A DNA stretch of 64,000 nucleotides from an uncultured Bacillota bacterium. Lineage in GTDB: Bacteria; Bacillota; DTU025; MWDF01. A program made the translations under genes and the position numbers. Position 1 is the stretch's first letter, and each line of letters begins with the position of its first letter. Below are positions 38,603 through 50,912 of the stretch, one piece after another. Below the pieces are notes generated by a model. That model did not search any database. It had not been told where the DNA came from and worked only from the letters and a program-made list of their open reading frames with translations. Where the stretch lies: the NCBI GenBank assembly GCA_963823655.1, contig CAWGMK010000006.1:160001-224000 (forward strand). The letters are read 5' to 3'.

Positions 38603-40044
38603 ATGATAAAAGTCAATTTCGTAGGCAAGGCGGCAAGCGTCGCAACTGTAGAGGTAGTAATCGACCAGGAGAGCGCAAAGCAGGAGATCGAGGCGGCTAT
38701 CGCAAGAATTGGCAAGAGGGTCACGGATTCCCGGCTTCAGGCAGGGCAAGGCTCCAAAGGCAATGGTTGAGCGCTATGCAGGCAAAGAGGCCATGATGCA
38801 GGAAGCAATGGAACAGATCGTCAACGATTCATATAAGCGCGCCGTAACAGAGAACAATCTGATGCCCATAGCCGACCCCAATTTCGAGGGCCTTGACGAT
38901 CTAAATCTGGAATCGGGCAAGGAAGTCTCATTCAAGATGATGATTACGCTAGATCCGGAAGTAAAGCTTTCGGACTATAAGGCATATAAGATGAAGAAGG
39001 ACCTCAAAGCGGTAACCGACGAGGATGTGTCCAAGGAAATCGACAAGTATGCCGACCAGCTGGCCGAATACATTCCCTCCAACCGCAAAAAGGTGAAGGA
39101 TGGCGACATGGTCACCATCAACTTCAAGGGCATAATCAATGAGGGCACCCCGAGGAGGAGGCTTTCGAGGGAGGCACCGCCGAGGGCGTGGACCTTCATA
39201 TCGGCTCCGGTCAATTCATTCCGGGCTTCGAGGAACAGCTGGTAGGAGCCAAGAAGGGCGAAGCCGTCGACGTCAAGGTCGCCTTCCCCTCCGATTACAG
39301 GGCGACACACCTGGCTGGCAAGCCCGCCGTCTTCAAGTGCACGGTCACTGAGATAAAGGACAAGGCCGTCGCCGCAAAAGACGACGAGCTTGCCAAGAAG
39401 CTCGGATTCGAGAAGCTTGATGAGATGAATAGCGCAATCAAGCATAGCCTGGAGCACAGGAATTACGACAGCGCGGTAAGAGGGCTCGGCATAGACGCAC
39501 TTAAGAAGCTGACTGATGAATCCGAGTCGGAGATGCCCCTTGAGATGGTTGAATCGGAAGCAGCCGACATGATAAACGACCTTGCAAGGCGCGTTGAGGA
39601 ACAGGGGCTTAAGTGGGAAGAGTATCTGAGCTCTCGTTCTACTACGCAGGATGCAATGCTCGAAGAGATGAAGCCCAAGGCGGAAGCCGCCGTCAAGCAG
39701 CAGCTTGTGGTGCGCGCACTGCTTCGTGAAAATGACATGAGGGTGACTGCGGCAGAAGTTGACAGGGCGATTGAGATGATGGCAGGAAGCCCGGCGAAGT
39801 AAAGCCAGCAGAGATCAAGCGCCTGAAGGACAACGAAAACGTGAGGATGTCGGTAAGCAGGCTGGTGGCGCAGGACAAGGCGATGAGGCTGCTTTCCACC
39901 CTATGTGATGAGAACCCTGAGGAGGGAAAGTGCGCAGTGGACCACGAACATGAGCATGAGCACAACCATGAGCATGACCACGATCACGGACATGACCATG
40001 GGCACGATCACGAGCATGCCTCTGAGGACCACAAACAGGACTAA
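38603..40044 (+). CDS. tig: Trigger factor with His-rich C-terminal tail (three apparent frameshifts)
   Basis: [10 protein letters not shown] signature, [29 protein letters not shown]...[12 protein letters not shown]; upstream of clpP. Confidence 0.9.
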
Positions 40045-40075
40045 TGCATCTCAAAAAGCGGAAGGGGGCGCGGTT

Positions 40076-40690
40076 ATGAGCTTCATACCTTATGTCGTAG
40101 AGCAGTCCAATAAGGGCGAGAGGGTATACGATATCTATTCGCGCCTTTTAAAAGACAGGATCATCTTCCTCAACGGGGAGATAGACATGCACACTTCCGA
40201 CCTTATAATTGCCCAGTTCCTGTTCTTGCAGGCGGAAGATCCGGAGAAGGAGATCAACCTCTACATAAACAGCCCGGGAGGCTCGGTATACGCCGGCATG
40301 GCGATATATGATACCATGCAGTTCATAAAGCCACCTGTTGCCACGTTCTGCGTCGGGATCGCAGCCAGCATGGCCTCGATAATCCTTATGGGAGGCTCAC
40401 CCGGCAAAAGATATGCGCTTGCCAACTCAAGGGTGCTGATACATCAGCCCTTGGGCTCGGCCTCAGGGCAGGCCACCGACATACAGATACACGCCAAGGA
40501 GATCCTTAAGCTGAAGGACCTTGTGAAGGACATCATAGTGAAGCATACGGGGCAGAGACCATCAAAAGTCGGTTCGGACATCGAAAGGGATCTTTACATG
40601 ACGGCCCAGGAGGCGATCGATTACGGGATAATCGATAACATCCTGGAGGGCAATAAACAAGAAACACCCAGGAGGGCAACGAAGAAGTAA
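40076..40690 (+). CDS. clpP: ATP-dependent Clp protease proteolytic subunit
   Basis: [35 protein letters not shown]. Confidence 0.98.
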   Translation: MSFIPYVVEQSNKGERVYDIYSRLLKDRIIFLNGEIDMHTSDLIIAQFLFLQAEDPEKEINLYINSPGGSVYAGMAIYDTMQFIKPPVATFCVGIAASMASIILMGGSPGKRYALANSRVLIHQPLGSASGQATDIQIHAKEILKLKDLVKDIIVKHTGQRPSKVGSDIERDLYMTAQEAIDYGIIDNILEGNKQETPRRATKK

Positions 40691-41955
40691 TGCCAAGGAA
40701 GAGCTCCAAAGAGAATAAGGGTAAAGTGGCTGAATGTTCCTTCTGCGGAAGGAACGAAAAGGACGCGGGCGGGATGATAGCAGGCCCCGATGTGTCCATA
40801 TGCAGCGATTGCGTGAAACTCTGCACCATGATATTCGAAAAAGAGGCGAAAGAGGGCAAGGGGGATTTCCAGCCGGCGCTGAGAAAGCCCAGCGAAATCA
40901 AGAAGGCCCTGGACCAGTACGTAATCGGCCAGGAGGACGCGAAGAAAGTCCTATCGGTCGCCGTTTATAACCATTATAAGAGAGTCCTCGCCAAGTCGAG
41001 CGGCTTCGATGAGGATGTTGAGCTGCAGAAGAGCAATATACTCATGCTGGGCCCCACCGGAAGCGGCAAAACACTGCTGGCGCAAACTCTTGCCAAGGTT
41101 CTGGACGTGCCGTTTGCTATAGCCGATGCGACTTCACTTACCGAGGCGGGATATGTGGGCGAGGATGTCGAGAACATCCTTCTGAGGCTTATACAGGCGA
41201 GCGACTGGGATGTGAACAAGGCGAAGTTCGGAATCGTCTATATCGACGAGATCGACAAGATAGCCAGGAAATCCGAGAACCCGTCGATAACCAGGGACGT
41301 ATCGGGAGAAGGAGTCCAGCAGGCGCTTCTTAAGATACTTGAAGGAACGCTTGCCAATGTACCCCCTCAGGGAGGCAGGAAGCACCCCCAGCAGGAGTAC
41401 ATCCAGATAGATACTACCGATATACTCTTCATATGCGGCGGGGCTTTCGACGGGCTTGAGAAGATAATCGAGCGCAGGACCGGCGCGAAGACGCTGGGCT
41501 TCACAGCTGTGCCTAGGCCTGTGGGCAAGGCAGCCTCCTCGGAGGCTCTCAAAAGGCTTATGCCTGAGGACTTGCTGAAGTTCGGGCTCATTCCCGAGTT
41601 CGTAGGCCGTATGCCGGTAATTGTGACTCTTGAGGAGCTGGGAATAGCGGCGCTCGTCGAGGTCCTGACAAAGCCCAAGAACGCGCTCACAAGGCAATAC
41701 CAGACGTTGATGTCGATGGAAGGCGTTGAGCTTGAATTCACCGAAGGTGCCATAGCTGCAGTGGCCAACAAGGCCATGAGGCTTGGAACAGGGGCGAGGG
41801 GCCTGAGGTCTATAATGGAGAAGCTCATGCTGGACATCATGTTCTCGGTGCCGGATAAGCCCGAGATGAAAAAGATACATATCGATGAGGACGCCGTCGA
41901 GAAGGCATCGGAGGCCATCAAGAAAAGGCCCCCGGCCAAATCGGAAACGGCATAA
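40690..41955 (+). CDS. clpX: Clp protease ATP-binding subunit ClpX
   Basis: CSFC...CSDC zinc finger, [38 protein letters not shown] loop, GARGLR. Confidence 0.98.
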   Translation: MPRKSSKENKGKVAECSFCGRNEKDAGGMIAGPDVSICSDCVKLCTMIFEKEAKEGKGDFQPALRKPSEIKKALDQYVIGQEDAKKVLSVAVYNHYKRVLAKSSGFDEDVELQKSNILMLGPTGSGKTLLAQTLAKVLDVPFAIADATSLTEAGYVGEDVENILLRLIQASDWDVNKAKFGIVYIDEIDKIARKSENPSITRDVSGEGVQQALLKILEGTLANVPPQGGRKHPQQEYIQIDTTDILFICGGAFDGLEKIIERRTGAKTLGFTAVPRPVGKAASSEALKRLMPEDLLKFGLIPEFVGRMPVIVTLEELGIAALVEVLTKPKNALTRQYQTLMSMEGVELEFTEGAIAAVANKAMRLGTGARGLRSIMEKLMLDIMFSVPDKPEMKKIHIDEDAVEKASEAIKKRPPAKSETA

Positions 41956-42104
41956 GGCTTCACCCGGCGTCTTCTCGGTTGGCGAGTTGCGCCGGGTTTT
42001 CCGTCTTTTGGAAGCCCGCTGAAAACGGAGCCGAGACTAGAGTATAATGTAAGTGGAACTATGGCGCATTTGTCTGCGTTATGTAAACCAGGAGGTGCAC
42101 TCGA

Positions 42105-44495
42105 ATGACGCACAGGACAATAGATGAAAAAGGTCAGATGGTAGAGATGCGCCTGCTCCCAGTAGTCCCGTTAAGGGGAGTAGTATTCTTCCCGGGCATG
42201 TTCACGCCTTTAGAGGTTGGAAGGGCCAAATCGGTAAACGCGGTGGAGAAGGCGTCTTTGGACGATTCTATGGTATTGCTAGTATCCCAGAAGGACCCGG
42301 CGGTAGAGGAACCTACTTCCGCCGATCTATTCGAAATGGGCTGCTTGGCCGAGATCAAGCAGTCAGTTAAGGGCCAGGATGGAACATTAAGAGTTCTTAT
42401 GCAGGGAGTTAACCGCGGGCATGTAGTCAGCTACATCGACAAGGACGATGTGCTGATGGCAGAGGCCAGGATTATTACCGACCCTGTTGTCCATAGCGCA
42501 AAGACTGAGACCCTCATGAGGATGGCGCTGAGCAGCTTCGAATCGCTGCTGCAGTCAGCTCGCAACATACCCAGCGAGGTCGCATTAGGCATAAGCCGCA
42601 TCGATAGCCCTGCAAAACTTGCGGACGAAATAGCTCCGAGGTTGCCGCTCAGGCTGACACAAAGGCAGAGCCTTCTGGACGCCGCCGATGTCGATGAGAG
42701 GCTTGAGAAGCTTATCGCCATCATGGAGACCGAGAAGCAGGTGCTGGAGATTGAGCAGGACCTGCAGGCCAAGGTGAGAAGGCAGATCGACAAGTCCCAG
42801 AAGGAATACTACCTGCGCGAGCAGATGAGAGTCATCCAAAAGGAGCTTGGCGAGGAGGAAGACAAGGAGGCCGATGCCGAAGCCTGGCGCAAGAAGCTGG
42901 ATGACAACAAGGCTCCGGAAGAGGTAAAAGCCAAAGCTGAAGCCGAGATCAAAAGGCTCAAGCTCATGGGGTCCATGGCCCCGGAGGCAACGGTCTCGCG
43001 CACTTATATCGAATGGTTAGCTGCCATGCCCTGGGGCAATTACACAGAGGATGTAATGGACCTGAAACAGGCTAAAAGGGTTCTCGACGAGGATCATTGG
43101 GGCCTTGAGAAGGTAAAGGAGAGGATACTCGAATTCCTGGCAGTCAGGAAGCTCTCTTCTTTGAATAAGGGCCCGATACTTTGCCTTGTTGGCCCTCCCG
43201 GCGTCGGCAAGACATCATTGGCGAAGTCCATAGCCCGCTCCCTGAACAGGAAGTTCGTAAGGTTCTCGCTGGGCGGCCTTAGGGATGAAGCTGAAATCAG
43301 GGGACACAGGCGCACTTACATAGGGGCACTGCCTGGCAAATTGGCGCATGCTCTTAAGCAGGCGGGGTCCGGCAATCCGGTGATATTGCTGGACGAAATC
43401 GACAAGCTGGGATCCGACTGGAGGGGAGACCCTTCCTCGGCAATGCTTGAAGTGCTCGACCCCGAGCAGAACAAGGCGTTTCTGGACCACTATATGGAAG
43501 TGCCGCTCGACTTGTCCAAAGTGATGTTCATCACTACGGCCAACTCGCTGCATAATGTACCTAAACCGTTGGCCGACAGGATGGAGATCATCGAGCTGTC
43601 CGGCTACACTGAGGATGAGAAGCTAGGCATCGCCAAGCAGTTTCTGATCCCCAAACAGAAGTCAGAGAACGGGCTTTCCGATACGGGCCTGGATTTCGTA
43701 GATGAAGCCGTGCTCGAGATTACGAGGCGCTACACTCGCGAGGCAGGTGTACGTGAGCTCGAAAGGCAGATAGGCAACATCATGCGCAAGATGGCATGGC
43801 GCAAAGTGGCGGGGGAGAAGACCCTCGAAAGCCCGATAGGGGCGGCCGACTTGCACGAGCTTCTTGGCGTCGAGAGATACCGCTACGGGGTCAGCGACAA
43901 GGAGAACAAAGTGGGATTGTCGACGGGCCTTGCCTGGACTGAAACCGGAGGAGACATCCTCTTCATAGAAACCACGGTCACAAAAGGCACCGGCAAGCTT
44001 ACCCTTACCGGGCAGATGGGCGACGTTATGAAGGAAAGCGCCCAGGCTGCGTACACTTATGTGCGCTCAAGGGCCAAGGAACTGGGGATAGACCCCTCGT
44101 TCTATGAGTCAACCGATGTGCACATCCACGTTCCGGAGGGCGCGATACCTAAAGACGGACCATCTGCCGGAATTGCGATGGCTACGTCTTTGGCTTCAGC
44201 CCTGTCCAACAGGCCCGTAAGGGCGGATCTGGCCATGACGGGGGAGATTACTTTAAGAGGCAGGGTGCTGCCCATCGGAGGGCTCAAGGAGAAGTCGCTG
44301 GCAGCGCTGAGAGCTGGCATAAAGACTGTGATCATTCCGGCAGACAACCATAAGGACCTGGAGAATATCCCGGCCAAAGTGAAGGAGCAAGTGCTATTCA
44401 TAGAGACCGACCAGATGGACAAGGTTCTTGAGACTGCCATGGCGATTGGGACCCCTGTTGGGCTTGAAGCAGTTGACAAGGCGGAATCCCGGTAA
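42105..44495 (+). CDS. lon: Lon protease
   Basis: [36 protein letters not shown]. Confidence 0.98.
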   Translation: MTHRTIDEKGQMVEMRLLPVVPLRGVVFFPGMFTPLEVGRAKSVNAVEKASLDDSMVLLVSQKDPAVEEPTSADLFEMGCLAEIKQSVKGQDGTLRVLMQGVNRGHVVSYIDKDDVLMAEARIITDPVVHSAKTETLMRMALSSFESLLQSARNIPSEVALGISRIDSPAKLADEIAPRLPLRLTQRQSLLDAADVDERLEKLIAIMETEKQVLEIEQDLQAKVRRQIDKSQKEYYLREQMRVIQKELGEEEDKEADAEAWRKKLDDNKAPEEVKAKAEAEIKRLKLMGSMAPEATVSRTYIEWLAAMPWGNYTEDVMDLKQAKRVLDEDHWGLEKVKERILEFLAVRKLSSLNKGPILCLVGPPGVGKTSLAKSIARSLNRKFVRFSLGGLRDEAEIRGHRRTYIGALPGKLAHALKQAGSGNPVILLDEIDKLGSDWRGDPSSAMLEVLDPEQNKAFLDHYMEVPLDLSKVMFITTANSLHNVPKPLADRMEIIELSGYTEDEKLGIAKQFLIPKQKSENGLSDTGLDFVDEAVLEITRRYTREAGVRELERQIGNIMRKMAWRKVAGEKTLESPIGAADLHELLGVERYRYGVSDKENKVGLSTGLAWTETGGDILFIETTVTKGTGKLTLTGQMGDVMKESAQAAYTYVRSRAKELGIDPSFYESTDVHIHVPEGAIPKDGPSAGIAMATSLASALSNRPVRADLAMTGEITLRGRVLPIGGLKEKSLAALRAGIKTVIIPADNHKDLENIPAKVKEQVLFIETDQMDKVLETAMAIGTPVGLEAVDKAESR

Positions 44496-44556
44496 TCGGG
44501 CAGGAACCGCGGGCAGGAAAGACCAAGCGCATAAGCCAATAATTCAGGATGAACCG

Positions 44557-44604
44557 AGTGCCGCCCGGGATGCTGCTCATGCGAATCCCAGGCGGCGCTT
44601 TTTC
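44557..44604 (+). terminator. Terminator after lon
   Basis: AGTGCCGCCCGGGA...TCCCAGGCGGCGCT plus TTTT. Confidence 0.7.
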
Positions 44605-44762
44605 GTACTTGAAGTCAGAATAAAAGGGACACTGAAGCTACTCGGACTTGGCATGCAGTAAATAATTACTTGACATCACAGCTAATGGCCTTAATAGGTC
44701 TCTATTCTCGTAGAATTGTTAGATTGCTTGTGGACATTGATACCCCATGCATGTTTCGGTTA

Positions 44763-44889
44763 AGTAAACAAATGCTTTACATTGCAGCTTAAATACGATT
44801 AGGGCTAGCTCAATGCACAGATGGGCAGGATTGTAGAGGCACACAAGCTTCATCGCAACCGGCAATTAGTAAACAAATACTTTACAATG
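44763..44889. repeat. Two 22-bp palindromic direct repeats 105 bp apart
   Basis: AGTAAACAAATGCTTTACATTG (44763) and AGTAAACAAATACTTTACAATG (44868), 20/22 identical. Confidence 0.7.
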
Positions 44890-45135
44890 GATATTCAGCC
44901 AAGTCTTAAATGTCCGTGGAAGCCAACTTCTTCAAACCAAAGTGCGAATTCTGCCGGCTACATGCTGATTCTTGCTAAAATCCCGCGGTTCTGATTCTGA
45001 TTTTCCCGGAATCCTTGCCTATGCCACTTTGCTAATGTAAAATTAACTATTGCATTGCGAATTACGCCGACGGCCATGGCATCGCGCAAATTCCGCGATT
45101 TACGGGCCGGTGCGGTTTACAGGAGGAGATCTCTG

Positions 45136-47229
45136 TTGAAGAAATATGGCCCTGAAAATCTCCGGGACATAGCTGTAATAGCCCACGGCGGCGCAGGGAA
45201 GACCACACTGACCGAGGCTATGCTCTATCTCAGCGGAGGAACGGACCGTTTCGGCCGTGTAGAAGACGGCACTGCGACCACTGACTTCGATGACGACGAG
45301 AAGAAGCGCAAGATTTCTATAAGCATGGCTTTTGCCCCTATAGAATGGAAGAATACGAAGATTAACATCATAGACATCCCGGGCTTCCTTGACTTCGTGG
45401 GTGAAGTGCACGCAGGCCTCAGAGTAGCCGACGGGGCCGTCGTGATGGTGGATGCCGTATCGGGCGTTGAAGTAGGAACAGAGATAGTCTGGAGGATCGC
45501 AGACGACAAGCTAGTCCCCAGGCTCATCACGATAAGCCGTATGGACAGGGAGAACGCCAACTTCAAACAGGCGCTGGGGAGCATCAATGAATCATTCGGC
45601 CCCAAATGCTGTCCCGTCAGCCTGCCGATCGGCTTCGGAGAGCACTTGAAGGGAATCGTCGATATCATCTCCAACAAAGCCTATATGTATGCCGACCACA
45701 GCGGAAAGACAATGACGGAAGCCCCTGTACCTGAGGATATGGCCTCAGATGTGGAGGAATACAGAGGAAAGCTCATGGAGTTCGCGGCCGAGACCGACGA
45801 AGAACTTCTCGCCAAGTATTTCGATACGATGGAGCTCAACCAGGAGGAATTCGAAAAGGGCCTGGTAGCTGCCGTATCCGGTTGCAGCTTGTATCCTGTC
45901 ACAGCAGTATCAGGAGGCAAGCTCGTCGGAGTCCAGCAGCTGTTGGACAACATAGTAAGGCTCATGCCGCCCAGCGGATCCGGCAAGCCCGCGAAGGGCC
46001 TAGGCCACGGCAATGAAGAAGTAGTCAGGAAGCCTATGGAGTCGGAGCCGCTGTCAGCATTCGTATTCAAGACGACCGCCGACCCGTTTGTTGGCAAGAT
46101 CAACGTACTCAGGGTCATGAGCGGGGTTTTGAAGCCCGATGCCACATATTACAACGCCACCAAGGACAAGATGGAGAGGTTCGGCTCGATATTCTTCCTC
46201 AAGGGCAAGCAGCAGATCCAGGCGACCGAGGCGGGCCCAGGCGAAATCGTTGCCATTGCGAAACTTGCGGATACCACGACAAATGATACTTTCAGCGACA
46301 AAGATAAGCCGGTAAGATATCCTGCAACCATATTCCCGAAACCGGTCCTTTCCTTCGCCATGAAGCCAAAGGCCAAGGGCGATGAGGAGAAGATAGGTTC
46401 AGGACTTGCAAGGCTCTCCGAAGAGGATCCGACGATATTACACTATAAGCACCCTGAGACCAGCGAGCTGCTAGTGTCAGGCATGGGCGATTCCCATATC
46501 GACGTCATCGCCGAGCGCCTGAAGAGGAAGTTCGGAGTTGAAGTCACCCTTGATACGCCTACCATTCCTTACCGCGAAACCATTACCAAGCAGGTGAGGG
46601 TCCAGGGAAGGCACAAGAAGCAGACGGGCGGCCGCGGCCAGTTCGGCGACATTTGGGTGAGGTTCGCACCCCTTGAAAGAGGAGCGGGCTTCCAGTTCAT
46701 AGATGAAGTATTCGGAGGCTCAGTGCCAAGAAACTTCATACCTGCGGTAGAGAAGGGCCTTAGAGAAGAGCTTTCGCACGGAAGGCTGGCAGGCTACCCT
46801 ATGGTGGACTTCAGCGCAACCCTGGATGACGGTTCGTACCATCCTGTGGACAGCTCTGAAATGGCCTTCAAACTGGCTGCCAGACTTGCGGTCGAGAAGG
46901 CTTGGGAAGAGTCCGGGCCCATACTTCTGGAGCCCATCGTTAGAGCAGAAGTGCTCGTACCCGAGGAGTACATGGGAGATGTCATGGGCGACTTCAACAA
47001 GAAGCGCGGCAAGATACTCGGAATGGAATCCCAGGGCAGGTACCAGATAGTCAGGGCGCTTGCGCCTCAGTCAGAGATGTTCAAGTACTCCATAGACCTT
47101 CGTTCGATGACTGGCGGCAGGGGCACATTCACAATGGAATTCGACCACTATGAAGAGGTTCCGGCGCAGATATCGGCCCATATCGTGGAGGCCGCGAAGA
47201 AGGCCAAGGAAGCCGCAAGGGACAACTAG
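45136..47229 (+). CDS. fusA: Elongation factor G paralogue (EF-G2 type)
   Basis: AHGGAGKTT (not AHIDAGKTT), DIPGFLDF, KKQTGGRGQFG, GSYHPVDSSEMAF; not in the rpsL-rpsG-tuf operon; TTG start after AGGAGG. Confidence 0.92.
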   Translation: MKKYGPENLRDIAVIAHGGAGKTTLTEAMLYLSGGTDRFGRVEDGTATTDFDDDEKKRKISISMAFAPIEWKNTKINIIDIPGFLDFVGEVHAGLRVADGAVVMVDAVSGVEVGTEIVWRIADDKLVPRLITISRMDRENANFKQALGSINESFGPKCCPVSLPIGFGEHLKGIVDIISNKAYMYADHSGKTMTEAPVPEDMASDVEEYRGKLMEFAAETDEELLAKYFDTMELNQEEFEKGLVAAVSGCSLYPVTAVSGGKLVGVQQLLDNIVRLMPPSGSGKPAKGLGHGNEEVVRKPMESEPLSAFVFKTTADPFVGKINVLRVMSGVLKPDATYYNATKDKMERFGSIFFLKGKQQIQATEAGPGEIVAIAKLADTTTNDTFSDKDKPVRYPATIFPKPVLSFAMKPKAKGDEEKIGSGLARLSEEDPTILHYKHPETSELLVSGMGDSHIDVIAERLKRKFGVEVTLDTPTIPYRETITKQVRVQGRHKKQTGGRGQFGDIWVRFAPLERGAGFQFIDEVFGGSVPRNFIPAVEKGLREELSHGRLAGYPMVDFSATLDDGSYHPVDSSEMAFKLAARLAVEKAWEESGPILLEPIVRAEVLVPEEYMGDVMGDFNKKRGKILGMESQGRYQIVRALAPQSEMFKYSIDLRSMTGGRGTFTMEFDHYEEVPAQISAHIVEAAKKAKEAARDN

Positions 47230-47267
47230 TCAGCTTGCCTCATTAAAGAGGCTGAGATATTCAGAAT

Positions 47268-47550
47268 AAGGCAATGAGGAAGAGGAGTACGCAAAGACCG
47301 CGCTTGGCAGAGAAGCGGCCCTTAGGCTGGAAGGCCGCGAAGCGTTTTGGTGGCGGAAGTCGCTTCTGAGCCCCGCAGGCGAGCGCAAAACGGTCCTGGA
47401 GATTGGACAGTATTGCGCCAGACGCGGAGGGTGCGCCCTATAAAGCGCTTAGAGTGCGGAAGGGCTTCATTGATTCAGCCCCGATGCGACAAAGGTGGTA
47501 CCGCGAAGAGCCCCTTCGCCCTTTGATGGGTAGGGGCTCTTCTTATTTCT
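47268..47550 (+). promoter_or_regulatory. Val T-box riboswitch leader
   Basis: AGAGA and GCTGGA stem I motifs, specifier GAA-GTC (Val, 47359-47361), T-box AAAGGTGGTACCGCG (47491-47505), terminator GAAGAGCCCC...GGGGCTCTTC. Confidence 0.9.
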
Positions 47551-47572
47551 CATTCTGGCAGGAGGGATGATC

Positions 47573-50219
47573 ATGAGCACCAAACAATTAGCGCCGGCAT
47601 ATGAGCCGTCAACAGTAGAGGATAGGATATATGGTTTCTGGGAGGAGGGCGGCTACTTCCACGCAGAGCCCGACAAGAGCAAGGAGCCTTTCGTAATAGT
47701 CATGCCCCCGCCCAACATCACAGGCACGCTGCATATAGGACACGCACTGATGTCGACCATAGAGGACATACTTGTGCGTATAAGGCGCATGCAAGGCTAC
47801 AACACAGAATGGTGGCCGGGAACCGATCATGCATCCATAGCCACAGAGGCTAAAGTGGTCGCCTCCCTTGCGAAGGAGGGCATCACAAAGGCTGACCTGG
47901 GCCGCGAGGAGTTTCTTAAAAGGTGCTGGCAGTGGAAGGAGAACTACGGCGGCGCCATAGTGAACCAGCAGAAGAAGCTGGGCTGCTCGGCGGACTGGCA
48001 GAGGAGCCGCTTCACTATGGACGAAGTCTGCTCCAGGGCTGTCAGGGAAGTGTTCGTAAGGCTCTACGACGAAGGGCTTATATACCGCGGAAACCGCATG
48101 GTTAACTGGTGCACCAGCTGCAACACGTCCATATCCGACATTGAGGTGGAGCACGAGGACGTTACCGGAACCCTCTGGTACATCTCCTATCCGCTATCAG
48201 ATGGAACGGGAAGCATAACCATAGCGACTACAAGGCCTGAGACTATGCTCGGAGATACTGCAGTTGCCGTACATCCGGAGGACGACAGGTACAAGGCGGC
48301 AATAGGCAAGACCGTGAGGCTGCCCTTGGTCGGAAGGCTTATTCCCGTAATCGCCGACGAGTACGTAGACAGGCAGTTCGGCACGGGAGCCCTGAAAGTT
48401 ACGCCCTCACATGACGTCAACGACTATGAGCTGGGCAAGAAGCACAAGCTCGAAAGCGTACAAGTAGTAGGGCAGGATGGACTTATGACGGAGGATGCTG
48501 GTAAATTTGCCGGCATGAAGGCGGAGCTTGCCAGAAAGGCCGTGCTCGCGGAGCTGGAGGCGCTAGGTCTCATCAGCAAGACCGAGCCGCTTACCCACGC
48601 CGTCGGTCATTGCCAGAGGTGCGGCACCGTGGTAGAGCCGCTGCCCTCTCTGCAGTGGTTCGTGAAGATGGAGCCATTGGCAAAGCCGGCGGTAGAAGCC
48701 GCAAAATCAGGCGACATCAAGTTCGTGCCGGACCGCTTCACGAAGACATACCTCAATTGGATGGAAAACTGCAAGGACTGGTGCATATCCAGGCAGTTAT
48801 GGTGGGGCCACAGGATACCGGTGTGGTACTGCCAGTCCTGCGGGAAGCTCACTGCCTCCCGGGTAGACTTGGATAAATGCCCTGACTGCGGCGGGCCCGT
48901 AAACCAGGATGAGGATGTGCTCGATACATGGTTCTCGTCCGCCCTCTGGCCATTCTCCATAATGGGCTGGCCCGATATGACGCCTGAGCTGGAGCACTGG
49001 TACCCCGGTACGGTGCTTGAGACCGGCTATGACATCATCTTCTTCTGGGTGGCAAGGATGATCTTCTCGGGGCTGAAGTTCATGGGGCAGAAGCCCTTCT
49101 CGTATGTGCTCCTGCACGGACTGGTAAGGAATGCGGACGGCAGCAAGATGAGCAGGTCCAAAGGCCAGGGCGTGGACCCTCTGGAGATCATCTCCCAATA
49201 TGGGGCGGATGCTCTCAGGATGACCGTGATTTCGGGCAATACGCCCGGCAACGACATACGCTGGAACCCGGAGAAGGTGGAGGCTAACCGCAATTTCGCG
49301 AACAAGGTCTGGAACGCTTCCAGGTTCGTACTTATGAACCTTAGAAGGGTTTGACCCGGATGCGGTGGAGCCGGAGAAGCTGGAGATGACGCTGCCTGAC
49401 AGGTGGATTATCTCAAGGCTTGCGGCCGCTTCGGCCGAGGTGCAGAGGTTCACCGACAGGTTCGAAATAGGAGAGGCTGCCCGCATAGTGCAGGAATTCA
49501 TATGGGGGGAGTACTGCGACTGGTATATCGAGGCGGCAAAGCCAAGGCTATATGGCAAAGAGGGGGAGGATGCGAAGAAGACCGCACAGTTTATCCTCTG
49601 GAAGGGGCTCGACGGCGCCTTGAGGCTGCTGCACCCATTCATGCCCTTCATCACCGAGGAGATCTGGCAGATGCTTCCAGGATCCGTAGGGGCGCTGATC
49701 AATTCCCATCTGCCGGCATCCGCCGAAGCATTGAGGGATATGGCCGCCGAGGCTGAGATGGGCTCGATGATGGAGCTCATCAGGACGATCAGGAATATCA
49801 AGGCGGAGTTCGGCGTGGCAAGCAACAAGAAGGTCGATGCGGTGTTCCAGGGTGGCGACGGCGAGCTTGCCCTTGTAAACAGGAACATGGGCCTGATAAG
49901 GACCCTTGCCGGCGTTGAGAACGCAAGCACGATAACGCCTGAAGCAGGCAAACCCGCCAAAGCCGCAGCAGGCGTGGCCTCCGGGATGGGAGTGTTCCTC
50001 CCTCTTGAGGGAATGATCGACATCGGCAAGGAGATTGAAAGGCTCAAAAAGGAAGTAGCTGGCATCGAGAAAGAGCTTGCAGGCGTAATGGGCAAGCTGT
50101 CGAACGAATCATTCGTAAGCCGTGCCCCCGAGTCAGTAGTTGAGCGCGAAAGGAACAAGGCCTCAGAGCTCGAAGCTGCCTCCATCAAATTCAAGGCAAG
50201 GATAGAGGAGCTGAGCTAG
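47573..50219 (+). CDS. valS: Valine--tRNA ligase (+1 frameshift at ~49343)
   Basis: [44 protein letters not shown]; C-terminal EYCDWYIE and [13 protein letters not shown] lie in ORF 49365-50219. Confidence 0.96.
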
Positions 50220-50912
50220 TTGAGGCGTACTAACGCTGCGGTTGCCAGGAAGGAAGCTTCCCTGACTGACAAGCTGCTGGAGCTGGACCGGATGCTACTT
50301 GACGCTTATGGCCCCAAGTCCAACGATAGGGGCGAAGACGCCGTAACTTCCTTGGTGCATACGATACTGTCGCAGAACACGACGGACAGGACCAGCGACA
50401 GGGCCTTCGAAAACTTGATGAAGACGTTCGGCAGCTGGGATTCAATTCTCGAAGCCGATGTAAAGCTGGTAGCCGATTCCATCAGGCAAGGGGGTCTTGC
50501 CGACCAAAAGGCAGCCTCTATTCAGGCGGTCCTTCAAAGGATCAAGGATGACAAAGGGAAGATCAGCCTGGAGTTTCTAAAGAAGCTTCCTGAAGACGAA
50601 GTCCTGTCGTACTTGACATCCATGAAGGGTGTCGGTCCGAAGACTGCGGCATGCACTATGCTTTTTGCGCTGGGGAAGAAGGCTTTCCCTGTAGATACTC
50701 ACATACACAGGGTCGCCAATAGGCTGGGGATTGTAACGACCAAGGGAGCCGAGGAGAGCCAGAAGGCGCTGACCGAGGCTGCGCCGTTCGATATCTGTTA
50801 CAGCCTGCACTTGAACATGATACAGCACGGAAGGCAGCGCTGCCACGCCAGAAAGCCGGTCTGCGCAGGCTGCCCGCTGTTAGGATCCTGCAAGTCGGCG
50901 GAGGTAAGCTGA
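50220..50912 (+). CDS. Endonuclease III-like HhH-GPD glycosylase with 4Fe-4S motif
   Basis: ILSQNTTD, GVGPKTA, FPVDTHIHRV, CHARKPVCAGCPLLGSC. Confidence 0.9.
   Translation: MRRTNAAVARKEASLTDKLLELDRMLLDAYGPKSNDRGEDAVTSLVHTILSQNTTDRTSDRAFENLMKTFGSWDSILEADVKLVADSIRQGGLADQKAASIQAVLQRIKDDKGKISLEFLKKLPEDEVLSYLTSMKGVGPKTAACTMLFALGKKAFPVDTHIHRVANRLGIVTTKGAEESQKALTEAAPFDICYSLHLNMIQHGRQRCHARKPVCAGCPLLGSCKSAEVS

Noticed and set aside
39940-40020. CRISPR-like or tandem DNA repeat
   Set aside because: The 6-bp periodicity is explained by xH dipeptide codons in the tig tail; no repeat-spacer array or cas genes were seen in the window
49330-49365. Programmed frameshift or split valS
   Set aside because: No slippery heptamer; removing one base restores a normal sequence, like the many other indels in the window
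48797-50194. Long antisense ORFs (465 aa here; also 57332-58276, 56122-56994, 41134-42113)
   Set aside because: Shadow frames of GC-rich, well-supported genes on the opposite strand, with no recognisable motifs
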